DNA from: Octopus sinensis
Taxonomy: Eukaryota
Assembly (NCBI RefSeq): GCF_006345805.1
Contig: NC_042999.1
Coordinates: forward strand, 147,808,001 to 147,872,000
DNA length: 64,000 nucleotides
Direction of reading: 5' to 3'
Shown piece by piece: positions 54,929 through 64,000 of the stretch. The stretch's first letter is position 1, and every line of letters starts with the position of its first letter. The position numbers and the translations under genes were made by a program. The notes under the pieces were generated by a model, which was given only the letters and a program-made list of their open reading frames with translations, was not told where the DNA came from and ran no database searches.

Positions 54929-55448
54929 TACATGGCCACAGCACGTGAGCTGAGACTAGATAAAATAAAAAAATAAAATATATATATACATTACAGAAAA
55001 CAGGAAATGTCGAACGCGGAATAGCTGTGAAAATAGTTTAGAAAATCCGGTAACTAGCCTAAGCAATGCAGGGGAAAAAAGGTGGAAAGTACAGTGAATA
55101 GAACCCTGTACCTCTCCAATTCCTGTTCAGTACATTAAACTAAGTGATCCTTGACAACAGGTACCGTCTTTTATAACGCTAAATAATAGTTCTTGGAATC
55201 TAAGGATATTTTATAGATAAACTTAGAAGCGCTGAGGGATATGGTATTTTTCAGAAGACTCAGAAAAGATCACCAACACAGAATATCTGTAAAAACTGAG
55301 TCATGGTGCTGTATTCCTCACTGACGGAGCCCAACTAATCCTAATATACTGTGTAGTCGGCGAAATCGAAAATAAACAATGCGCATGCGTGAAATTAAAA
55401 ATATAATATGGCAACAATTTACCCATCGCACCCTGTATATATAAATAC

Positions 55449-55830
55449 TGTGGAGGCGCAATGGCCCAGTGGTTAGGGCAGCGGACTCACGGTCGTAGGA
55501 TTGCGGTTTCGATTCCCAGACCGGACGTTGTGTTTTTCGAGCGGAAACACCTAAAAGCTCCACAATGCTGCAGCAGACGTTCGTGGCGAACCCTGCTGTA
55601 CTCTTTCACCACAACGTTCTCTCGCTCTTTATTCCTGTTTGGGTTGTACTTGTATTTCAAAGGGCCGGCCTTGCCACACGCTGTGTCACGCTGAATCTCT
55701 CCGAGAACTACGTTAAGGTTACACCTGTCTGTGGAGTGCCCAGCCATTTGCGCATTAATTTCACGAGCTGGCTGTTCCGTTGATCTGATCAACTAGAACC
55801 CTCGTCGTCGTAACCGACGGAGTACCACGA
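55449..55830 (+). mobile_element. tRNA-derived SINE (first family)
   Basis: GTGGAGGCGCAATGGCCCAGTGGTTAGGGCAGCGG (A-box) ...GGTTTCGATTCC (B-box); body as in 12908-13284. Confidence 0.88.
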
Positions 55831-56213
55831 ATACATAAGTACTATTATCCTTGTGTATTTCCAGCTTTTCTATCTTTGCTCTGCAATATGACCTTCGTTT
55901 TCCCATTTCACCAACCTCCATTTTTAAGTTTATTTTTGATAATTGTTTTTTCATGTTTTCTTCGGTGTTTTCATAGTCTTTCTTTCTGTTTTCCACTTGT
56001 TTATGATTCCAAGGATTTACCATTTTTTGTCAATATAATCCAATGCCAATACGCATAAACAGTAACATGAAAGTGGTGTTTTCTTTTTACTTTCTTTTTA
56101 GATACATTATGACGTACCTCTCTCTTCCCTGTGTAAATAAGATATTCATGTTGCAACGATATTCCCTCTCATACGTTCCGGCAAAAAATATTCAGCGATA
56201 TCGTCAGCATCTT

Positions 56214-56255
<42 letters not shown>

Positions 56256-56283
56256 GTGGTGGTGGTGGTGATGGTGATGGTGG

Positions 56284-56329
<46 letters not shown>

Positions 56330-56379
56330 GTGGTGGTAGTACACACACACACACACACACAAACACACACTCTCACACA

Positions 56380-56640
56380 AACACAACCTATTGAGATTCT
56401 CATTCTTTCTGTAGCCTGTTGGCAATGCCATCGAGTATTTTCTCTTCCCGGCTTTTTTGAGGCTTCTCCATTTCAGTTTTCCAGCAGACACCATGTCTTC
56501 AACGTTTTGTCTTCTCTTATGATTCCAGTTAACTGAAATAATATCTCCTTAACAAAATTCCTAGGGTTTTCTTAGCGTCAACAGACTTGGTCTTTCTCAT
56601 TACATTCATATAAAATATCTTCAGCTTTCACCTGAATGAA
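56380..56640 (-). mobile_element. RTE-clade LINE C-terminal fragment
   Basis: Across frameshifts it reads GIIREDKTLKTW...GKL...SREEKILDGIANRL, resembling the RTE GKxxGxRxRGRQRxxxLDG motif. Confidence 0.45.
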
Positions 56641-57344
56641 TACATGCATACAATACAGTTATCACTCACCATATCGCGGTTCCCCTATCGTACTCTCAAT
56701 ACATCGCGGATTTTTCTGGCTAATATATGTAAATTTATATCGCAGGTGTCTGCGGCAGAGAAGTATTTACATTACTTTAGATTTTAATTATTTCTGAAGT
56801 AAAATAAGCATTTTCACACCTAAAAGTTAATAAACATAAAATAAGAAAATACGTAGTGTACCGTAGATGAGTAAACAAAGAATAGCACATACTGTATCGA
56901 AAATGAAACCTGGGAGGCGAGTGTGTGGTGCTCTGCATTTATAATAAAATAAATATATACAAATTACAAAAATAATTTTAAAATATATACAGGACAGTAC
57001 TGTTTCTATTTCGCGGATTTTCACTTATCGCGTGGGTTTTGGAACGTAATACCCGCGATAGTCGAGGAATTACTGTATTGAAAATAAGTTGAACTTATGA
57101 GAGTATGCAAGGACATAAATGTATGTATATATTATGTATGCATGTATGTATGAATGCATTTTTTATGTATGTATGTATGTATGTATGCATGTATGTATGT
57201 ATGTATGTATGTATGTATGTATGCATGTATGCATGTATGTATGTATGTATGTATGTATGTATGTATGTATGTATGTATGTATGTATGTAGGTAATGTATG
57301 TATTTATTTATTATGTATCTATGTATTAATTTTGTATCTATGTA

Positions 57345-57560
57345 AACTGGCACCCTCACCAGGCTATCCTGAAGAAGATGTAAAAACAGCCTTTCGTGAT
57401 TTCATTATCTTTTGCTCTACAGAATTTTTCGCTGCCGGCTTAAATATGCTGCCGATAAAAAGTTGTGTTGATAAAGTCTTAACTACATTGCTTCTTGCTG
57501 ATATAAAATAAAACGAACTTTCAGTTCAAAATCGGACATTTCATTTTTAATGACCTTATA
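57345..57560 (+). mobile_element. Mariner 3'-end fragment
   Basis: EEDVKTAFRDFI....TEFFAAGLNMLP..KC-type terminus followed by a TIR-like CAAAATCGGACATTTCATTTTTAATGACCT and TA. Confidence 0.6.
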
Positions 57561-57588
57561 TTTACATACATACATATATACATATATA

Positions 57589-57650
<62 letters not shown>

Positions 57651-57666
57651 TATATTATATATATGC

Positions 57667-57764
<98 letters not shown>

Positions 57765-57779
57765 ATATATATGTATGTA

Positions 57780-57960
57780 TAAGGAGAATTCGCAAAAAAA
57801 CAAAAGTCGAAGACAGGTGGTGTAGACATGAAACAGATGTATTAGTATAACGCTCGGGAAGTGAAAAAGTCTTTAACGTTTCGAGCCTACGCCCTTTCAC
57901 AGAAAGGAACACAAAAAGAAACAAGGGGAGAAAATAAAGAATGTGTAGTGGCTAGCGATC
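57780..57960 (-). mobile_element. Solo PLE terminus, same family as 40380-40610
   Basis: Minus strand reads TTTCTGTGAAAGGGCGTAGGCTCGAAACGTTAAAGACTT...GAGCG.TATACTAATACA. Confidence 0.8.
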
Positions 57961-58107
57961 TATATATATATATATATGTGTGTGTATGTATGTATGTATG
58001 TATGTATGTATGTATGTATGTATGTATGTATGTATGTATGTATGTATGTGTATATATATATTTAAATATAAATATACCTATATATATATTTATATATACA
58101 CACACAA

Positions 58108-58142
<35 letters not shown>

Positions 58143-58871
58143 GGGAGAGAGAGACACATACATATATAGTACTACACTATATCGATATTCCGTTACGTGT
58201 TGCATTTTACTGTGCCCCTCTATACGCATGTACATATGTATCTGTGAGTGTATATGTTTGTGTAGGCGTATGTGCATCTGTTTGTGTGCGTGTGTGTTCT
58301 AGTATGTATCTGTTTGTGCTTTCTGTGTGTGTGTGTGTAAATCAGTTGAATCGCCAGATACAATAAATTATATGACTAAATACGGGTGTGAAGTAATCTC
58401 TAATACATTATAACTCAAAGGCTCTAATTTTCAGGCCTCAGAGTTACCCCTTTCCGTTCACCAATTTTTAAACCGAATTTGGTTTTCTTTACAAATATCC
58501 ACTGTCTGAATATTTTTTGAAATACAAAATGAAAGTTCGAAAAATAAACGCAATTTCATGACTTCGCTTGTAACGGAGTTTATGACATTTATATGCAAAG
58601 AAAACCCAAAGCGCAAGCTTGAAACAGCTGTTTTCGCACGTTTCGTTCACAAACGTTTTCAAACAGAAGACCATAAAGATGAGCATTTTTCCAAAATTAC
58701 ATTTCATATTGAAAAACAAATACTCAACAGTGGATATTTCTAAAGAAACCGAGGCGTGGTTTACCTGCTGAGGATGGAAAACCAGTTAAACTGAGTACTG
58801 GAAATCAGTATCGGTACCTTTATGTTATAATATAGGTCTACAGACATATATCATATATATATATATATATA

Positions 58872-58913
<42 letters not shown>

Positions 58914-58914
58914 T

Positions 58915-58974
<60 letters not shown>

Positions 58975-59290
58975 AAATTTAGATGACTGACCACTAAGTG
59001 GACAGCCTATATGATAAACATAGACGTCAAATTGCCATACCACGAAGAATGTGTTCTCAAGAAAAATCTCAGCAAAAAAAAAACAAAATGTAAAAGTAAG
59101 CAAGACAAATGAAAATATGCGAAATAAAAAACGATTACCGATGTATTATTGGTTTCACTTATTCATAATAACATTTCCTCTATTTCTAATGATGAAAAGT
59201 ACAACTACCTCGGAATCGATGAAAATGTTGCATACACTGGTTGCGACTAACGCCAGAACGAAAAAAAATTTGAATACTTCCGTACACTCT

Positions 59291-59567
59291 GGAAACTAGA
59301 GACAGACAATTCGTCGACAGACATTTTGCCGACAGACAATTCGCCGACAGACATTTCCCACACGGCCTCAGACTCAACACGGAGGCCTACATCAAGTGCC
59401 TGGAGGAGATTATGCTAACTTGGGTCAAGAGGGTGGCTGGTGGAACACCCTGTGTCTGGCAACAGGACTCTGCATCATACCACACAATTGTCCTGTTTGC
59501 AAGTTGTCTGTCGGTCATTTGTCTGTCGGCCAACTGTCTGTCGTCGAATTGCCCGTCTACCGTCTCC
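59291..59567. mobile_element. MITE-like shell with 15-bp subterminal tandem units enclosing a Tc1/mariner-superfamily (maT-like) transposase fragment
   Basis: Left units GACAGACAATTCGTC/GACAGACATTTTGCC/GACAGACAATTCGCC; right units in reverse orientation. Interior 59355-59486 encodes FPHGLRLNTEAYIKCLEEIMLTWVKRVAGGTPCVWQQDSASYHT. Confidence 0.7.
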
Positions 59568-59579
59568 ATTTAACAAGAC

Positions 59580-60450
59580 CATATCTCACAGTGTTTTTGC
59601 AGTGCCAGTGCTAGTGTCAGCGTTTGGGATATTGGAGTGAATACTCGATGAGATACGCAGCCAGGAACCAGAAAAGGTGCTGACTACTACTGACAGCTTT
59701 CACATTAACACCGATAGAATTTATGAGACGAAATTATGACAGTAGAAGCATAAAATCAGTTATTACAGCCTTTGAATGTTGTGTTGTTTCAGACAACACC
59801 TGCTGAACAGTAAAGAAGGAGATGAGTACATGTCATGTATGCTTAAAAGTGAGAGCAACAACACATTCATAGTTGGAGATCTACTGTGCGACCCAAAGGA
59901 GGCTGGACTGGCCTACCTAAACAGAAGCTTGAGGAAGAAGCAGACATCATACCAGCAAAAAGCATATCATGTAAGCTAGAGGGCAACAACAGCATTGACA
60001 GGAAGAGTAGCCTTTCCTGAACCTGCAATAGATAGATATATTGCATCCCACCAAGATGAAGTAGTCATTACCATCCAGGAACAAGAGATATCTACTAAAC
60101 ACCTGATAAACAAGAAGAATAAATATCCCGCCAAACCTCTACGTTGTGATAAAAAATGTCGGCTCTTCTATACGAATGTGGAAGATATCACCCACATCAG
60201 CAGCATCTGACACACGCTGTCTGCAAGGCAGTACTTGCGCCTGAGGCATAATATAGTTTACGAAGACTATTTACAATGCTCTCCGCAGGAAGTACTACCC
60301 TAGAGTACGCGTATATATCAAAGGCTTATCAGAACCAGCAGGTATTCACACCTTTTAAAATAAGTAATACTGGTGGATGAAACCCAATTCGGAGCAAACA
60401 TAACAGGCCTGATATTTTTCTGTGGAACAAGAAACAAAGAGTAATGCACT
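59580..60450 (+). mobile_element. R4-clade non-LTR fragment, truncated at the adjacent CR1 insertion
   Basis: VITIQEQEISTKHLI...KKCRL...EDITHISS...RQYLRLRHN...KHNRPDIFLWNKK. Confidence 0.8.
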
Positions 60451-60451
60451 G

Positions 60452-61378
60452 TTAGTTAGTTAGTTAGTTAATTTTTTGGCTCAAAAAGCAAAAAGCAAGG
60501 CCATGTAGGGGGACATGGAGTTATGTACAGGGTGGTGTTCATGTAAAGAGTTGAGGCCACTTGAGGTCAAGGGAGACTTTGAACAAAGCGGTCGTCGGCA
60601 TCTTCACCATCTCGTCTGGCAGCTTGTTCCATGGATCCGCAACCCGGACGGAGAAAGCCCCTCTCCTTCGATTGAGATGAAATCGTCGCAGATAGAGCTT
60701 TTCGGAATGATCCCGCAGCCGACGCTCTGGAGCAGGAGTGAAGAACAGCTCTTTCGAGAGGTTACACTTTCCGCTTATGATGTTTTGAGCGAGAATGAAA
60801 TCACCACGGCGGCGGCGTTTTTCTAGAGAAGAAAGGTCGAGCGTCTTCAGCCTTTCTTCATAAGACAAATTCTTGAGACCATGAACCATGCGGGTAGCCA
60901 GCTTCTGGACTCTTTCGAGATGCTGTATGTATTTGAGGAGATAAGGAGAAGAGGCTTGAATCCCGTACTCCAATGTGGGTTTCACCAGCGTGACATAGAG
61001 CGGTAGGAATATGGCTGCTGTGAGCATTCCGAATGACCGTCGAATCAAGAACAGAATTTCGCGTGCTTTGTTGGCAGCATAGACGCACTGGGCCGAAGGC
61101 GAAAAGGAGAATCCACCAAGATACCCAGGTCCTTTACCTGATCGGTCCTCTCCAGCAGCAGACGACCCGGCTCGAAATCAAGTTGAGTTGCAGGAGGAGA
61201 GCCAACAGGCAGATGACAGCACTTTGACACGTTCAGCACAGGTCCCATTCGTTAGACCACCTCCAAATTTGGTGGAGACATCGACGAAGATCCTCTATAT
61301 CACCGCGAGGAGCGACCAGTTTGACATCGTCGGCAAATAGAAGGGTGTGTTGCGTGAGGTCGAGGTTATCTGCCCAGT
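60452..61378 (-). mobile_element. CR1-group LINE, 5'-truncated 3' end with (TAAC)n tail
   Basis: LLFADDVKL; LYVTLVKPTLEYGIQASSPYL...LERVQKLATRMV..L..LSYEERLKTLDL.SLEKRRRRGD...RRGAFSVRVADPWNKLP; (GTTA)n at ~60452-60470. Confidence 0.93.
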
Positions 61379-61907
61379 GATATGTATGTATAATCAAAAG
61401 TCCAGGAAAAATAGAACAGTTATGGTGATTGATATGGAACTTACAGTACATTAGGTTATGTACCCAAAAATTTGCACAAAATCCTTGAAATACTCGTTTT
61501 CTCAGAGAATGCGGAAAAGAAACTGACGGAGATTCTCAAAATTCAATCTATTGATGTCACAGTCAAGATTTGTAAAATTTGTAAGACATTCCAAAATTCC
61601 TCCATGTGAGATCCTTATGACAATAGATGCACACATTTGGGTGTGTGCATCGAGAGTTCAACCAACAAACCAATTCAACCACGTATTTGCAAACACCGGG
61701 AACTCTCTTAATCCAATAGCGACTGGCTTGAGTTTTCTATCGAGAACTTAAATATGACTTTAAAAAAAAATCATACATACATACATACATACATACACCA
61801 AATCCAACCGCAGATATTTATTCGACCCGGAGATATACCCCAGGTGCCACTTAATGGGACAGACCACAGGACTGCGTAGTGTGCGTGTGTGTGTGTGTGT
61901 GTGTGTG

Positions 61908-61974
<67 letters not shown>

Positions 61975-62213
61975 TGTGTGTGTTGTAAGCGTGTTTGTGT
62001 TTTGCTACTTTTAAAACCTTTGCCTCTGACCAGCATCTATTGTGCTCTGTCTCTTAAAAACCACAATTTGATGGTTATTAAAATTTGTAAGTTTTAATAT
62101 ATTTCTTACTGCTACTACCACTATACCATATCTATGCCCATTGCTGCTACTACTACTACTACTACTACTACTACTGATGCTACTTCTGCTGCTACTACAT
62201 AAGGAGATGAGAT

Positions 62214-62263
<50 letters not shown>

Positions 62264-63134
62264 CCAGCATTAGTAGTAATAGTGGCAGCGGTGCAACTAC
62301 TGCTACTACTACTACTACTGTTGTTGCTGTACTACTAATACCACTCCGATCTCCATATGCAGATTGTGCCAAACCCACTCCTTATTGTCTGTTATGTGTT
62401 CATAGGCTGGGAGATTCTTTTCTCTGATGTTATTAAATTCTGATTATGCAAATATGTATAGCGCTCTAAATGAGAGAAGAACTGAAGAATGAGAAATACT
62501 TTAACCATAAATTTTAACCAAATGCGAAATGAATTGGCCGTCAATGAACGACAGGCGATAATAACCAGAATGACTGACCTACACACACAAGAGAAAGCGA
62601 TTATATTTAGATACTTCAGATGTATATGCTCTATCTAACAGCTTTACCTAAATCCACTTGTATAGGAAATTAATCAGTTATCAGAGGTTAGGTCCCAGAA
62701 TGATTAGATAAACGAAATTACCAAATTTTGTGAGTTTATGTATGGTTTATATGTGCTTTCCAAGCTGCAAGTGTATGTGAGAGTGTGTGTGTGCATATAT
62801 TCACATACACATATTCACCTATACAGATTCACAGACTCAAACATACGTATTCAGATACATATAATTAAACGCTTACATACAATTAAATAAACTGAAACAG
62901 ATATAAGATCTTAGAAACACAGATAAACAAATAAGCCCTGATTTTTTTATTATTTTACTTTTTTCTTTGGCATTTATTAATTGACATTGCGCTCTGCACT
63001 AAGATGATGGCTTACTGTAATGTATCAGTATACTGAGTTCTAGCGACTGGGTATCATAATCACATATGCCTAAGCGGAATCATTATACATTTACATATAC
63101 ATGAGTGTGTGTGTGTGCATGTACATAATGTAAC

Positions 63135-63330
63135 TACATGTGAATCGTTGGCGATTTTGCCCTCCGTCTTCCTTTTCTCTTGGACTTTTCTCTGTCTCGT
63201 ATTTCTGAAGAAGTGCTTTGCTCGAAACGTAAAACCACCTTACTTTCCTTCCCTGAACGTCTGTTTATACTTTACATGTACCACGTCCACGCGTTGTTGT
63301 TTTTATTGTGTTTGTCCTTCATTTGGGGGG
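63135..63330 (+). mobile_element. PLE-type terminus with hammerhead-like motif (family of 36905-37065)
   Basis: TTT-CTGAAGA-AGTGCTTTGCTC-GAAAC GTA-AAA at 63202-63234; flanks align with the 36905 copy. Confidence 0.7.
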
Positions 63331-63354
63331 GAGTGGGATTTACCATATGTATGT

Positions 63355-63413
<59 letters not shown>

Positions 63414-63559
63414 ATATATATAGGTTATAAAAGGTAATATTGTCAAGAAGACCCGAAGGTGTCAGGTAATGTGAGTGAGTGCTATGGACAGACGATAGTT
63501 CGGCTCCAGGTTCGGTGTTTATGCGAATGAGGAGTCCAACATAGGTCATATATTAGCAT

Positions 63560-63720
63560 GCGTATATATAAAAAAAATCAACAGAATGAGATAAAAATCC
63601 AAGGCTGTGAAATATTTCAGAACATTTATAAAGAGAATATCTTACAACTGTTTCCGGGGGGGATATTTTATATATCCATTCATCGGAGACGGTGTGAGAA
63701 AATGGTTAAGCAATAGTTAT
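63560..63720 (-). mobile_element. PLE-type terminus with hammerhead-like motif
   Basis: Minus strand reads TCT-CCGATGA-AT GGATAT ATAAA ATATCC CCCCG-GAAAC AGTT GTA-AGA. Confidence 0.55.
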
Positions 63721-63829
63721 TCTAGAGAAGATGTGAAATGGAGAGTGAAGTGAAGGAATGAAAACAGACGTGAGATATGCAGGGATATTATATCTGAATT
63801 TCCATTATTTAAGCAGAATGGTATACATA

Positions 63830-64000
63830 TAATTTGACATATTGACTTCAAAAAACCCTGGATTCAGTAACACCCTCTACAAACTCTATGCTTGGAATGG
63901 CCAATTTTAAATAATATTGGAACCTACACACAAAGTACAGGAAACAATGGCGGTGCCCCAGCATGGCCACAGCTCATTAGCTGAAACTGGAAAAATCAAA
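63830..64000 (+). mobile_element. SINE 3' end (third-family-like tail)
   Basis: GGCGGTGCCCCAGCATGGCCACAGCTC...CTGAAAC. Confidence 0.6.

Noticed and set aside
58493-58741. Short imperfect inverted repeat (AAATATCCACTGT... / ...ACAGTGGATATTT)
   Set aside because: Only ~30 bp with gaps and no TSD; possibly an old MITE, but not supportable.
61540-61750. Possible PLE GIY-YIG fragment (CKICKTF...RCTHLGV)
   Set aside because: Too degenerate to call beyond a CxxC and spacing resemblance.

Overview
This is AT-rich, microsatellite-saturated animal genomic DNA. Its SINE families and repeat landscape look like those of a coleoid cephalopod such as Octopus (inference). Most of the window is decayed mobile DNA: many Penelope-like element (PLE) pieces (GIY-YIG fragments and termini with minimal hammerhead-like motifs, several as fold-back pairs), three tRNA-headed SINE families, two full-length but broken mariners plus fragments, and R4/Dong-, HERO-, CR1-, RTE- and L1/Tx1-type LINE fragments. 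No complete cellular gene is recognisable. A 24-bp candidate microexon (12792-12815) and an Asn-rich candidate terminal exon (19224-19501) may be the 3' end of a + strand gene. The most interesting structures are: (i) a 2.1-kb element encoding only a gag/ORF1-like zinc-knuckle protein, inserted with a perfect 15-bp TSD into a SINE head; (ii) a tRNA-headed element ending in a PLE-type hammerhead-like tail rather than a LINE tail; (iii) a ~225-bp hairpin element, present twice, with hammerhead-like motifs on both strands; (iv) a MITE-like shell carrying a 44-codon transposase fragment. Family assignments come from motif recognition by eye and boundaries without a TSD or TIR are approximate; no database searches were run.
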